From the human T2T-CHM13v2.0 reference genome, Homo sapiens: 64,000 nucleotides of DNA. Shown piece by piece: positions 45,546-63,365 of this stretch. Position 1 is the stretch's first letter, and every line of letters starts with the position of its first letter. The stretch lies in NCBI RefSeq assembly GCF_009914755.1, contig NC_060937.1; one strand, 5' to 3'. A program made the position numbers and the translations under genes. The notes below the pieces were generated by a model. It saw nothing but the letters and a program-made list of their open reading frames with translations. It was not told where the DNA came from and ran no database searches.

Positions 45546-45719
45546 TAAAAGGCAGAGAAATAAACTACATATTAGAAACTAGAAATCAGGGAAAGCCAAG
45601 ACAAACCATTAAGGGTGGCTCTATCCTTGAAATAAAAGGCAGAGAAATAAACCACATAGCAGAAAGTAAAAATCAGGGGAAGCCAAGACAAATCATTAAG
45701 GGTTGCCCTATCCTGGAAA
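45546..45719. repeat. 87-bp tandem duplication (2 copies)
   Basis: 45546-45632 versus 45633-45719, ungapped, about 10 mismatches. Confidence 0.95.
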
Positions 45720-46444
45720 AAATGTGCACCTCAACTGGGTCAGAGCAGGAATCGATGAAGAGCAAAGAGAAGAAACACAAAGTGGAAAATGACCTTTAGA
45801 TTCTAGTGCCAACAACTGATCGAGACAATTGATCTTTACAAAGTTTTAAGCAACTGTGAAAGCAAAAATATTTAGTCTTGAGGTACGACATTAGACAATT
45901 TGTCTTAGTAACAAAGATTAGGCTTATATACTGTACATATGGTCCTTTAATTTCCATTCCATGCAAATGCTGGCTAAGTTTTCAATGTACTATTAAGTCA
46001 CATTATTTTTACTACTTTACTTCTTCACTGTGGCATTATTCATCTTCCACACAAGGAAGTGAATGTATTATAACTCACAATAGAGATCATTAAAAGGCTC
46101 TTTCAAATTTATTTTAACATATGTCCCTCATCTCTTTGAGTATATGACTATGTTCTCTGCAATAGCAATAATAATAATAATAATTTGTCTAAATAAACCA
46201 TATATCATTCTTGTTTACTTAGAGTCTCTTTGGATAAACTTTTTCAATACTATTAGCAATTCAGATGACCACTTCATTCTCACTCCAATTTCTGTATAAC
46301 TCTTTCAAAAACTCTAAATATGTTCATTTACATATTATTTTTCTTCAAGAATCTAAATGGAACTCTTTAAGAGCAAGAAATAAAAGTTAACATATTTATA
46401 TCAAATTTTATATGAAGAGCAAATACCCTGTATTTTCAAACATA

Positions 46445-46903
46445 CAGTTGACCTTTGAATGTGGGGGGTGAGGGTCATAGGAGTTGGGGCGCTGACCTCC
46501 CATGGAGTCAAAAATCCACGTATAACTTTTGACTCACCAAAACCTTAAATACTAGTAGCTGACTATTGACCTAAGCCTTACTGATGACATAAACACTTGA
46601 CTAACACCACTGCTATATGTATGTTACGTGTATTAAACACTATATTCTTATAATAAAGTAAACTAGAGAAAAGTTATTTAAAAAATCGTAAGAAAAAACA
46701 TATTTACTATTGATCAAGTGGAAGTGAATCATCATAAAGATCTTCATCTTCATTGCCTTCAAACTGAGTAGGCTAAGGAGGAGGGGGAGGAGGAAGAAGA
46801 GGAAAAGGAAGAATTTGTCTTGTCCCAAGGTAGCATAGGTGGAAGAAAATCCATGTATAAGTAGACCTCTACAGTTCAAATCCATATTGTTCAAGGGTCA
46901 AGT
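46445..46903 (-). mobile_element. Tigger2a (MER28)-type MITE
   Basis: ta|cagttgacctttgaa ... tgttcaagggtcaag|ta; same family as 24296-24727. Confidence 0.88.
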
Positions 46904-48869
46904 ATATGTGAAAATTTATGTAAATTAATCATTCATTTTATGAGAAAGAATTTTCCATAAAATCCAAAACACAGAAATGGCATGTTAGATTTTCTAACTA
47001 GAAATTAATGTGTAAAATCCAATCACTTCAAAAAAAGAAACAGAAAATGCAATCGAAAACAAAAATGTAATAAACACAAATATTTGAAAAAAAGTTGATA
47101 AAACAGATAAATCATCAACTAGTTTTTGAAGATATAAAAATACAAATATGAAATTAAGAATCACTTTTAACTACCACATGGAAATTTTTAACATATATTA
47201 TCTTTAAATTTCTGCTACTAAATTTAAAAGTAGCTAGAAAATTATTGAAGGTAAGTGTTAATGTCAATTTTTTTTTTTTTAAATAAGAGACCTAACTGGA
47301 TCAATCACTGCAAAACAGCTTTGCTGGAGTGCAGGGAGCACTGGGGGGAGTAAGTAATTGATTATTTTTAAAAGCTAACAGATATATAAGGTTTCCCAAC
47401 ATTTGAAGAATAGATAATATATTTTGTAATAATTTTTAAAAGAACAGATTATTTGAATGCTGTAAGAAGTACTCTAGAACACAGGAAAAGATGGGAAACT
47501 TCCTCATGTATTAGTTAAAAGCAACATACCATGATGTCAAATCATCAATATTTCAAAGAAGAAAATTGTAAGATGTCCAAAAGCATTTGATAAAATTGTA
47601 AATCTATACTTGATTGTAATTCTTAGTAAAATAAAAATAAAAAGACAGTTCTTTAACATGATAAAATGTTAGTTCAAGCCAATGGAAATTTCCTACAAGA
47701 ACACACCAACAATGACCACTTAAGAAATATAAAGAGCAAGGGGAACATTCACAACAGCAACTACTATCAAGTATCTATAGAACTGAAATTATGAAAACCG
47801 ATCCGTTTTTACTAAAAAGCAACATAGAAGCTTTTAATAAACTGGCAGTATATATCACATTTCTAGAGAAACAAAATAATTAGGAAAGTCAAATGGAAGA
47901 ATGAAGTGAGAATCATAGCTAAGACTTTTGGGGAAAAAAACAGGAAAAAGTATAATATTGAAATGATGTGGGACTAAGAGAGGATAGTAAACTTTAGCCA
48001 ATGCTTACAAGATTTTCAAATTTTTCAAGAAAATTTGGAAATCTAGATTTTCTTAAGTGAAATGTCACATGTTTCTCTGTAGGCTTAAGTCTTTGAAAGC
48101 ACTATTTCCAAAGAAAGCATTTCTGTACGCTAAATTGGCCAGAGTGGACCTCTGCCCTATACACACCCAACACTTCCTGCCTCGCCCAGAGCTCAAGTTG
48201 CTTCCTATGTTGGACAGCCCCGTCCTCTTTCTCCACCCAGTCAAATGCAACCCACCCATCAACGTGTGGCTTACAGGCCAGTCCTCAACAGATCATTCTT
48301 AGAACCTCTGGTATGGCTTTATCATTACTCTCCCTCTGCTACAAGAATTACAGTTCTAACAATAGATTGTAATAACAAATAGTAACCCAATGTATTCTGT
48401 CTCTTCCTCTAGAATTGAGAGTAGGAACAGTGTCTAATAACAATACCATCTACTATCTTACTGGCCTTTCTTTATACCAAACACTGAAATGATGCTTTCT
48501 ACAGAGTTTTTCTGTAACCCTCCCAACAAATGCAAAACAGGTATTTTTCCTACTTTACAGGTAGTACAGTGCTCAGAGGGGTAAGCAACTAAACAGGTCC
48601 TGGAAATAAATGGATTCTAAATTCTTTTTTGCCAACTTCACCAATCATATCACAGCTGGTTGGTCTCGGTTGAGTTAAATTTACTTGGGACCCTGTTCTC
48701 AAATGAGGGCACTGAGGTGAGAGATACAGCAAAGATAAGAACAACATTAAACATAAGAACTCAAGGGTTTGTAATCTGCAAATAGGATATGAGTACTACA
48801 TGAAGCCCAAGAAGACGTGATGTATTCTAGTTGTGTATTTGAAATTGACTTCAATAATATAAGTTACAT

Positions 48870-49127
<258 letters not shown>

Positions 49128-50035
49128 GTAAGAATAATAAGAATAATATAAGTTATATCAAAAATTAACCTTTTGCATTAGCAAATTTTATTGATTCACT
49201 TGAACTTGATGTACTCAGTGAAGGAAAAACAGAACAGATGGTACTGTACTGTAGCCTGAAAGAAAATTTGAATCATAAGACAACTTTTGAAATATTCTTA
49301 ATATTCTTGTCATTTAAGGTACCAATAAAGTTCTTATAATACCTAATTTGTATGTTTTGTTGACATCAAAAATGAATCACCTTATAAGAGGCTTCTTTTA
49401 AAAAATTAAATAAATCTTTAAAATATCTATAATCAATTTACCTTCAGAGAATTTAAAGTAATTCTAATGTAACCTGCTGAAAAATTCTAAAGCTACAAGC
49501 ATTTGGGGATGTTTCATGAGCTGTGACTGAAAAAGGAGAACACAACCTAGTAACAAAACTCTTTCACAAGATAATCTGAAAAGTCCAATTAATCATTCAC
49601 CCTAAAGAACACATTTTTGTTTAAGTGTCTTTAAAAATTCAATAGAACATCTCACATTGAAAAACATTTGTGCCAATGGGGAAAAAAAGGTCTTTTAAAA
49701 GTACTATGAGTTACTAAACCAGAAATGTATTATTTTAAAGAAGTTACAGAAATCCTCAAGATGATGTTTTCCTCTTTATTTTTAGACCTGTGAAAGATAT
49801 GTTTTTAAAAGTTCCACTTATAAAAAAGGCAAATATATTACAGAAAACTAGATCATTTTTTGGCTATTTCTAAATTTGTTCAGTATTTGTTTAAGGCTAG
49901 AAAGTCATAAGCTTCAACCAATCGTATTTTGGCTCAGATTTTAAGTTATTCATATTTAATATCTGTTCTTTATAGCAAAAATACATGACTCTTCTGCAAA
50001 AAGAAAAAAGGAACACCCAACTTATTACCATAGAA

Positions 50036-50273
50036 CAGGGGTCAGTGGACAATGACCTATGGACCAAACAGAGCCATGGCCTGTTTTTGAAAGGCATGCT
50101 CCCAAAGAATAGTTTTTACATTTTTAAAGGGCTGTTAAATAAACGTTTATGTGTGTGTGTGCGTCTGTGTGTGTGTGTGTGTGTGTATGATATGTATGCA
50201 TGACAGTGACCTTATGTGGCTAGAAAAGCCTAAAATATTACTGTCTGGCCCTTACGCAAGTTTACTGACCCTG
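50036..50273. mobile_element. MER58-type hAT-Charlie MITE with internal (TG)n
   Basis: TIRs caggggtcag / ctgaccctg; aaagcctaaaatattactgtctggccctt. Confidence 0.75.
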
Positions 50274-50297
50274 TCAGAATATAAAAAGTTCTTTATA

Positions 50298-50345
50298 CAG
50301 GCATGCCTTATTTTGTTACACTCCATTTTACTGCACTTTGCAGAT

Positions 50346-50389
<44 letters not shown>

Positions 50390-52473
50390 GTTTTGATTTG
50401 TTTTTTTACAAATTAAAAGTTTTTGGCAATGTTGAGTCGAGCATGTCTGTTAGTGCCATTTTTCCAACAGCATGTGTCACATTTTGGTAATTCTTGCAAT
50501 GTTTCAGACTTTTCTATTATTGCATCTGTATTGGTGACCTGTGATCTTTGATGTTACTATTGGGACTGGCTTCGGGGCAACACAAACCCTGACCTTCTAA
50601 GACAGTGAACTTGATAAATAGATGTTGTGTGTGTTCTTACTGCTCCACCAACTGGCAATTCCTTCATCTCTCTCCTGGAGACTTAACAACACTAAAATTG
50701 GGCCAATTAATAAACCTCAAAGGCCTCTAAGTGTTCAAGTAAAAGAAAGCATCACCTGTCTCTTACTTTAAATCAACACTAGAAATGAGTAAGTTTAATG
50801 AGGGAGGCAGGATGAAAGCAGACAGACCGAAAGCCAGGCCTCTTGTGCCAAAGAGCCAAGTTGTGAATGCCAAGCAAAAGTTCCAGAAGAAAATTGAAAG
50901 TGTTACTCCATCAAAAACATGAATAAGAAAACGAAACAGCTTTAATGCTAATGACGGAGAAAATCTGAGTGGTCTGGATAGAAGCTCAAACCAGCCACAA
51001 CATTCCCTTAAACCAAAGCCTAATCCAGGTCAAGCTCCTAACTCTCTTTAATTTTGCAAAGACCAAGGGAGGTGAGAAAGTTGCGTTGGAAGCCGGAAGA
51101 GTTTGGTTCATGAGGTTTAAGAAAAGAAGCCATCTGCATAACATAAAGGTAGAAGGTGAGGCAGCAAATGCTGATGGGGAAGCTGCAACAAGTTATCCGG
51201 AAGATCTAGCTAAAATCACTGATGAAGGTGAATATACTAAAAAACAAAAACAAACAAACAGATTTTCAATGTAGACAAAACAGCAACCTATCGCAAGAAG
51301 ACGCCATGGAGGACTTTCATATAGTTAGAGAGGAGAAGTCAATGACTGGCTTTACAATCTCAAAGCACAGGCTGACTGTTAGGGAATAATGTATCTGGTG
51401 ACTTTAAATTGAAGCCAATGCTCACTCACTATTCTGAAAAATTATGCTAAATCTACCCTGCCTGTGCTTTATAAATGGAACAACAAAGCCTGGATAATGG
51501 CACATCTACTTACAGCATGGTTTATTAAATACTTCAAACTTACTATTGAGATGTACTGCTCAGAAAAGATTCCTTTCAAAATATTACTGCTCGTTGACAA
51601 TGCACCTAGTCACCCAAGAGCTCTGACACAGACGTATGTAGAACTAGATTAAAGCTGTTTTCATGCCTAACACAACATCCTTTCTGCAGCCCAAGGATCA
51701 AGGAGTTACCTCAACTTTCCTTATTATTTAAGAAACACGTTATGTAAAGATATACTTGCCATAGATAGTGGCTCCTCTGATGGATCTGGGCAAAGTAAAT
51801 TGAAAACCTTCTGGAACTGATTCATCATTCTAGATGTCCTAAGAATATTTGTGATTTATGCAAGGAGGTCAAAATATCAACATTAGAAGGAGTTTAGAAG
51901 AAGCTGATTCCAACCCTCACGGATGACTTGGAGAAGTTCAAGAGTTCAGTGGAATAAGTAACTGAAGATGTGGTGGAAACAGCAAGAGAAATAGAATTAG
52001 AAGTAGAGCCTGAAAATGTGACTTAATTGCTGCAATCTCACAATAAAACTTTCATGGATGAGGAGTTGCTTCTTACAAACAAAGTAAGTGGTTTCTTGAG
52101 TTGGAATCTACTCCTGGTGAAGATGCTGTGAACACTGATGAACTGCCATGGCCACCCCAACCTTCAGAACCACCACCCCGATCAGTCAGCAGCCATCAAC
52201 ATCCAAGCAAGACCCTCCACCAGCAAAAAGATTATGACTCATTTAAAGTTCAAAAGAATGTTAGCATTTTTTAGCAATGAAGTATTATTAATTTAAGGCA
52301 TGTAGGTTTTTTTTCATCACAATGCTGTTTTGTGCTTAATAGGTCATTATAATGTAAACATAACTATTATGCTTTGGGGAAATAAACAAAATTCTAGTGA
52401 CTTGCTTTATTGAGATATTTGCTTTATTGTAGTGGTCTAGAACCAAACCTACAGTATCTCTGAGGTATGCCTA
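50298..52473 (+). mobile_element. Tigger1 DNA transposon, near full length
   Basis: ta|caggcatgcct ... gaggtatgccta|ta TIRs with TA target; internal transposase remnants; (TG)n at about 50348-50385. Confidence 0.95.
50785..52140 (+). pseudogene. Disrupted Tigger1 (pogo/CENP-B-like DDE) transposase
   Basis: ORF fragments [43 protein letters not shown] and [22 protein letters not shown]; multiple stops and frameshifts. Confidence 0.9.
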
Positions 52474-52867
52474 TAATTAAGGTCTTATATGTGGGTCACT
52501 GACATCATACTACACTCTAAGCTGCCAAAGAGATTGAGTCAGAAGATTAAGGGATGAAGTATGAATGAAAGGCAATTTTTAAAATATCTTTAATAATATT
52601 TACAGCAGAGACACACTATTAAAATCTGAGATATGGCAGCATCAAGTTGTCAACGTGGGTTCCAGAAATTGATCTACCCTCAATACTTGAAAATACTGAA
52701 GTTTTAGATGGGTGTTCATCTCACAGATGGGGTTTAAAGGAGCATAACGTGCTATTTCATACACATGTCCCCCTCCCTCTAATCCTCCACTCCCTTTTTG
52801 CCAGAAATAGTCTTACACGTCATTCAAACACAGAAGAAATGCTTCTTTCTCAATGAATACTCTAAAT

Positions 52868-53062
52868 CATGGGGCCCCAACCCCCGGGGCCATGGACCAG
52901 TACCTGTGAACTGTGCATGAGAAGGATCTAGGTTGCATGTTCCTTATGAGAATCTAATGCCTGACGATCTAAGGTAGAAACCATTCCCACTCTTTCCCAG
53001 TCTGTGGGAAAATTGCCTTCCATGAAACCAGCCCTGGTGCCAAAAGGGTTTGGGGACCACTG
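52868..53062. mobile_element. MER1-type hAT-Charlie MITE, internally deleted
   Basis: ggggccccaacccccggggccatggaccagtac..ccttatgagaatctaatgcctga..ttggggaccactg; 8-bp TSD ctctaaat/ttctaaat. Confidence 0.9.
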
Positions 53063-53251
53063 TTCTAAATCCTCCAAATTAACAAAGTTAGTTATCCCCT
53101 TCAAAGCTTTCAGAACTTTCTGTACAATTATTTTTTATAGAACTTGTAATACTGTATTATATTTTTGTTTACTTTTCAAAGATTTTTGAATTCCTGGTAG
53201 CAAAGACCTTATAACCACTAACATTTCACATAATACATTGCCCATAGTGAG

Positions 53252-53985
53252 CTGATTAATTTCCTGTGGCTGCCCTAACAATTTTCCACAAACCTGATGA
53301 CTAACAACAGAAATTATTCTCTCACAGTTGTAGAGAAGGGGAAAAGCAAGGCCATAACTCCTTCAAAGGCTCTAGAAAAGAATCTTTTCCACCGGGCATG
53401 GTGGTTCACTCCTGTAATCCCAGCACTTTGGGAGGCTGAAGCAAGTGGATCACCTGAAGTCAGGAGTTTGAGACCAGCCTGGTCAACAGGGTGAAACCCT
53501 GTCTCTACTAAAAATACAAAAATTAGCCAGGCGTGATGGCAGGTACCTATAATCCCAGCTATTCGGGAGGCTGAGGAAGGAGAATCACTTGAACCTGGGG
53601 GACAGAGGTTGCAGTGAGTCAAGATCATGCCACTGTACTCCAGCCTGGGCGACAGAGTAAAACTCTGACAAAAAAAAAAAAAAAATCTTTTCCTTGCCTC
53701 TTGCAACCTCTGGTGGCTGCTGGCACTAGTTGGTATTCCTTGGCTTGTAGCCACATCCTTACAACCCCTGCCTCTGTATTCTTATTGCCTTCTCCTCCTC
53801 TGACGCTTGTAAGGACACTTGTCACTGAATTTAGAGCTTACCTGAGAAATCCAGGATGTTCTCATCTCACATCTTTAACATAATTACACGTGCAAAAACC
53901 ACCTTCCAAACAAGGCAATATTCGCATATTCCCAGGATTCACACGTGGGTATATCTTACTGAGATTTACCATTCCACACTCTATC
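53252..53985 (-). mobile_element. MLT1B/C-type solo LTR, split by an Alu
   Basis: tttcctgtggctgccctaacaa..aacaacagaaattattctctcacagtt..ccttgcctcttgcaacctctggtggctgc..taaggacacttgtcactg. Confidence 0.85.
53391..53683 (+). mobile_element. AluS SINE
   Basis: Full Alu; TSD aatcttttcc on both sides. Confidence 0.96.
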
Positions 53986-55089
53986 GCTGCCATACAGTAA
54001 ACATGTGCTCAGTTTTCTTACCTTACACCCACATGAAATAAACTTATAGATAAACCCAAAAATGAGGAAAAGTGGAAACAGGAAAACTTAATTTCTTCCC
54101 TTCTCTGCTAATATCCTCTTTGAAAAGGAACCACTGAGGCATAGCCAGAAAGCTTCACCAGCATTTTTTTTACTAAGAAATTACTAAGGATTACTTAACA
54201 CAATGCCCAATGACAGATCACTGGAGACCATTTCTTTGCTCCTAGGGAAAAAAGGCCAGAGATATATTTTCTTCCTCACAAAGAAACACTCTTATTCACA
54301 TCGAGTGGGAACCTGCTTTAAGTGAAGTTTCAATTTCTTTAAATTCTTTATACGTGGCCATGAACATTTTACAGCACGTGTAGTTTTACATGAATGGTAG
54401 AAAGCCAAACTACTAAGAATTTATCCTTACAGGAAATTTAAGTGTTTAAAGCCTTACCTCTCAAGATTTTAGGCTTTCATTTGAAACACAATCCCTTGCA
54501 CATCATGAACATTCACTGAGAATAAGTTGATTCCCATGGCTATGATTGTTTCCTAGACACAGTTTAAGATGTCATAGCAGAACTTTTCAGAAAGTATTTT
54601 AATCTTACAAAGATCAAAGACTGCTATGATCTTCAAATTAGGGTTGGAAACTAGGATAGAAATTTCAAAACTTCTATAAACTATAATTAGGCCTGAAATA
54701 ATTGTTCTATTCAAGGTTTACATTATTAACTGAAGGGACCAATTAACTATTAATATAGTACTATCTAGCAGATTATAAAATAATGCTGGCAATATAATGT
54801 ATCCATAGACTCAAACTCTTCAAATAAAACATCCCTAATATCCCACCATACCAGGGAACCAAGATAATGAAAAGTTAGCCAAGAGCAAACGTAAGAAAAA
54901 TGTCAATCAACTTGCTGCAAGATTTGGTAAAAAATCTATTTTCTCTACTCTTATCGCAACATAAGTTATGAAAATTCCAGTCAATTAGCCAAAATAATGT
55001 AATAATTTCAAACAGAATTATTGGTATTTCCTCTATTTATCAGTTTATTAAAAAAATAAGGTTTAAAGAAAGACTGATTCTGATCAACT

Positions 55090-56285
55090 TGATTCACAAT
55101 TAGAACAGCATCTACCCTGGTAGCAAAAAGAACACTCAGCACCCAGTCCATGGTTTCTAGATATCATTCTACAATGAAATGAGAGACCCTTGAAGGATTG
55201 GCTGATTTGGTAGCTGTGGCAGGGAAAATATGAGATGAGCCTGGAGTATCCTGTAATACCAGAAAGTTAACAAAGTATTCAAAAACAAAAGGACAAGGGG
55301 ATGTCACTGGGCCACAAGAGCAAATCTGAAAGTGGTCTTTGGTCAAAACCAGAAAAATCTAAATAAGAGACTAACACAGTATTAGCTTATGACTCCACAT
55401 GTAAGATATATACGCATGTACCCATGCCAATATAAATTTAAAAATAAATGGGGGAGAACAAAATAATCTATAGAATTCTAAACATGATATGTAGTTATTC
55501 CTTAAGAGTAGGCAAGACTTAGTGACTCACTTCCACAGAACAGAGTAAGGAAATGGAAAAAAATTACAGTAGAGAAGCTTGGCAAATACCACTTTAACCA
55601 AGTAATTAAGGTTAAGATCATCAGTGGTATCTTGTGGATATCATGATATGATACAATGATACCCCGATGTGATACACTGAGAAGGGTTCGTCACCTATGT
55701 GATATTGTTTTCCAATACCCCCTAAGCCAGTCTAACCATGAGAAAAGCATCAGATGAACCAAAACTGAAGGACGTCCTATAAAATACCTGACCAGTACTC
55801 CTTAAAATTCTTAAGGTCATGAAATAAAAAGAGAGACTAAGAAACTGCCACAAAACAGAAAACTTAACAGGTGTAACAACTCAAAGCAATATGGTACTTG
55901 TTTGTATCCTAAAAGAGAAAGTAGACATTAATGGAAAAGCCAGTGAGATCCAAACAACAATAACCTACCAATGTTGGTTTCCTGGTCTTGATAAACAACG
56001 CCATGGTAATTCTACTAAGTGTCATTACACATTGTTAGTTTTTGTATGTGTGTGTATGTGCTTTTTGAAGTCCTTATCTGCTAGACAAATATATTAAAGT
56101 ATTTATGGGTAAAATTATATGTCTGAAATTAGTTGTTCAGGGTGAGTGAGGCCAGAGATTTATGAAACAAGATGGCAAAATGTTGAGAATTGTTAAGGTT
56201 AAGTCTGGGTGCATGAGGGTTTCTTATACTATTCTCACTACTTTTGTATATGTTTAAAATTTCTCATAATAAAAGAGATATTTCA
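55090..56285 (+). mobile_element. L1MD/ME-type 3' region
   Basis: cactcagcacccag..tggtttcta, gatgagcctggagtatc, gacttagtgactcacttcca, atactattctcactacttttgtatatgtttaaaatt. Confidence 0.75.
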
Positions 56286-57014
56286 AAATCTTTTAAATGT
56301 CTATGATTTAGTCAACCTTCTTTAAATAAAAGCCACACGTCTCACAATGCTTAATGAACTTTGCAAAGTTTGTTACATTGTTAAATAAAATTCTTACGCA
56401 TCAAAAAAACAAAAAACTTTTTAAGTGCTTTATTAGTTATGTTGTAAAGGAAATCTGGTTTCCTCTGAATGGTGTGACTTTCCATACATTATGTTAATCT
56501 ATTTCCTGGTAGATAAGAGAATGAAGGACAAAGTGGCTGACTCAGTTGCAAAGGCTGGTAGGTGGAGGCAATGAAAGAGAAATGCACTCTCACATTACAT
56601 TTATTAAATTATGGTCAAAAAGTTTCAAAACTGATACGAAAATGGAATTAAACCAGTCCCTGTGATATATTATCACCCCCGCCAAAACCCAATTTACAAA
56701 TCAACCTTTCCAACATCTTAATTGTAAGAGGGTGCAAGTCTGTTAAGATAGGAAGCTGCACATGCTCATGTGCACACACAAACACAGACCTCTTCCCAAG
56801 AACAAAGACTACAAAGAGAAAAAATAATGAAAGAAAAGATGTAGTACTTGAAAGATCCAGGAGACCAAACACGTGAAGAGAAAACTAAAGGAGAAAAAGA
56901 AACAAATAAAAGGAAGACAATAATAATACATCAACTTCTTACCATAATAATTATTTATCTCAGTATCTACTGTTCTCTTATATATAATGGCAGGAAGTCA
57001 ATCAAAAATTACAA

Positions 57015-57309
57015 GGGCAGGGCACAATGGCTCATGTCTGTAAACCCAGTAACTTGGGAGGCCAAGGCAGGCAGATCACCTGAGGCCAAGTGTTCAAGAC
57101 CCACCTGGCCAACATGGCAAAACCCCATTTTTACTAAAAATACAAAAATTATCCAGGTGTGGTGGCACGTGCCTGTAATCCCAGATACTTGGGAGGCTGA
57201 GGCAGAGAATCACTTGAACTTGGGAGGCGGAGGCTGCAGTGAGCCAAGATCACACCACTGCACTCCAGCCTGGGTGACACAGCGAGACTCTTATCGCAAA
57301 AAAAAAAAA
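57015..57309 (+). mobile_element. AluS SINE
   Basis: Full-length Alu body and A tail. Confidence 0.95.
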
Positions 57310-57349
57310 GACAAGACAGAAAAACAAAGCAAGAAACTACCCACTGTCA

Positions 57350-60850
<3,501 letters not shown>

Positions 60851-61245
60851 ATAAGTTATGGACTAATGGAATGCTAGTTTTGGCTAGAAGAAAAAGAACT
60901 AAGTAAAAGACAAAACAGGTCACTAAAAAAAAAAAAAAAAAAAAGAATGAATTTAAAAGTTTCCATACAAGTATACCCACTTTTATCAGAATAATATATT
61001 TGTAAACAATGCCCATTAAAGCGAGCTTTTGCAAAACAATGCTTATTTTCTAACGATCTTCAGTTGTGTTTCTTTGAAAACTTAAAGAGTCACAGAAATA
61101 AAAAGATAAAAATAAATCACACGTCAATATCATAAATACCTATCTGTGTGTTGGTTGGAAACATAAAATGAAATGCGTTTAAAATGTATTATACACATTT
61201 AAGATTAAAAAAATGTGCAAAAAGTTTTTGAAAGAAAAAACTTAC

Positions 61246-61257
61246 GAAACTACATAC
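61246..61257 (-). other. Candidate 12-nt microexon / recursive splice site
   Basis: cttttcctatttag|GTATGTAGTTTC|gtaagt. Confidence 0.3.
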
Positions 61258-62838
61258 CTAAATAGGAAAAGTTTTTCTAGTAAGATTAAAAGTACTCCAA
61301 AGAGACTACGGCATAAATCTAAAAATATCCAGGGTACCTTCTAGGCACATTAAAGATCTAAAAGAAATAAACTAATCCAGAATCTATCAGCTTGGGCTTG
61401 CCTTTCGGCTTAGCTATCCTGCTTCTTTCTTGATCTGCCTACATTGTAGGACAAAGCCCATGTTTTATCTACGTATGTATTTACAGCACCTAGCACAAGC
61501 CTTGGCACATGGTAAATGCCCTAACTTTCTTCAAAGAGTATGGATGTCTCTAACTGCACACTCTCTATTCCAGGGTCAACGGGTTGATCTCTCTGGGCTG
61601 TTACATATGGATTCTTTCTACCTTTTTAAAGTGCATTTTGGAAGAAGGTAAAAATTCATCTGATATTCACTGGGCATTTCATAGGAGCTAGACACTAGTG
61701 ACACTTCTTTTATGTAATGTGGACTTGCAAAGTTTTTACTTATCGAGACTAAATGAAAGTCAGAAAGACAGTAGTAATTATGCAATGGGAAAAAACTATT
61801 TTACTGGTGTTGGCAATTAGGGTTCTAGTTCTGCCAATTTCTAGACTTTTACCTTCTCCTGATTTTAGTGTTCTCATCAGTTACATGGGTAACATGTGTT
61901 CAATCCACCATACAGAACTATCAAGATGAAACTAAATCCACTCTAAACCACCAGGCACAAAGCAATTTTTGTTGTTGTTGTTGTTAGCCCATACTTATCA
62001 AGTATTCTAAACTGTCTTAATTACTGTTATTTATAAACAAAACACAAGGTAACGGCCTCAGCCTAAAGCCTTGGTATAATTCCACCACACTCAATATAGT
62101 GCTAAAAAAAAATTCCATTAATGCTTTTAATCGACTCATTGAGTTCATTTCTTTCTTCAATGAAATATTTTGTGTTTGCTAAAGTTACTTGTATTCATAT
62201 CTAAAGCAGAAGAGCTAATGCATATTCCAAAGTCTGTTAGCCTTGAAATATCCACCTACTTCAAGCTTCTAAATATCCCTTCAAGCAACACTTCTGATAA
62301 ACTGCAACTATGATCTTCTGCAAAATTTATGTTTTCAAGTTTTTCCTTCCATTGTTCTCACGTTTTACAAAATTGTATTCCTCTTAATATTTAAATAATA
62401 TTTTAATACAAACTAAATATTCCCATTATTTAAAAGATTTTTTTGTCAAAGTTAAAATTCCGATCATTTAAAAGTAAAATACTACACATTTTTTCAAAAA
62501 TATGGAAGACCTTCATTAGACAGCATCACATAAAGTGCATTTAAAGTTGTATTCATCAGTCAACTTTCTTTGCTTTTGTAGCCCAAATAAACCATCTGTA
62601 AACTCATTATAACACCATATACCCTATTGGCCAAGCATATCCTAGAATCTATTTTTGGAAAAGAAAACTTCCTGGTGATACGGCAAATGATAAAAATTTG
62701 CCAAAACACCATAAAACCATCAGCTCTAAAAGATAACAGAAAAAAATAAGAGGGAAATCACCACAGCTGCCAAAATATGTTTTTAATTTGCATTCATCCA
62801 TTAGCAGGTTTGCTTTTTCTATTAAAAAATATAAACTG

Positions 62839-63124
62839 GGCCGCGTATGTTGGCCCACACCTGTAACCCCAGCAGCAAGGCGGGTGGATCACTTGAGGTC
62901 AGGAGTTGGAGACCAGCCTGGCCACCATGGTGAAACCCGTCTCTACTAAAAGCACAAAAAATCAGCTGGTCATGGTGGCACACACCTGAGTCCCACCTAC
63001 TCGGAAGGCTGAAGCAGGAGAATTGCTTGAACCCAAGAGGCAGAGGTTGCAGTGAGCTGAGATGGTGTCACTGCACTCCGGCCTGAGCAACAGAGCAAGA
63101 CTCCGTTTCAAAAAAAAAAAAAAA

Positions 63125-63157
<33 letters not shown>
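62839..63157 (+). mobile_element. AluS SINE with a short left-arm deletion, followed by (TA)(CA)n
   Basis: cccagcagcaaggcggg lacks the usual actttgggaggc segment. Confidence 0.93.
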
Positions 63158-63365
63158 GTTTATATTTAAAAAACACACTGTTTATATAAAAAGATACACA
63201 TACACACTGTTTATATAACGAATCTTTTCCATATATCTACTAAAACCCTGAAACCTCAATTTCCCAGATAGAAACAATTTTTCCCCAGGTGCTTTAAACA
63301 ACTTACAGCACTTGGTCCATTTATCACAAATTACCTTACATTATAATGTGCCACATAATTCTTAC

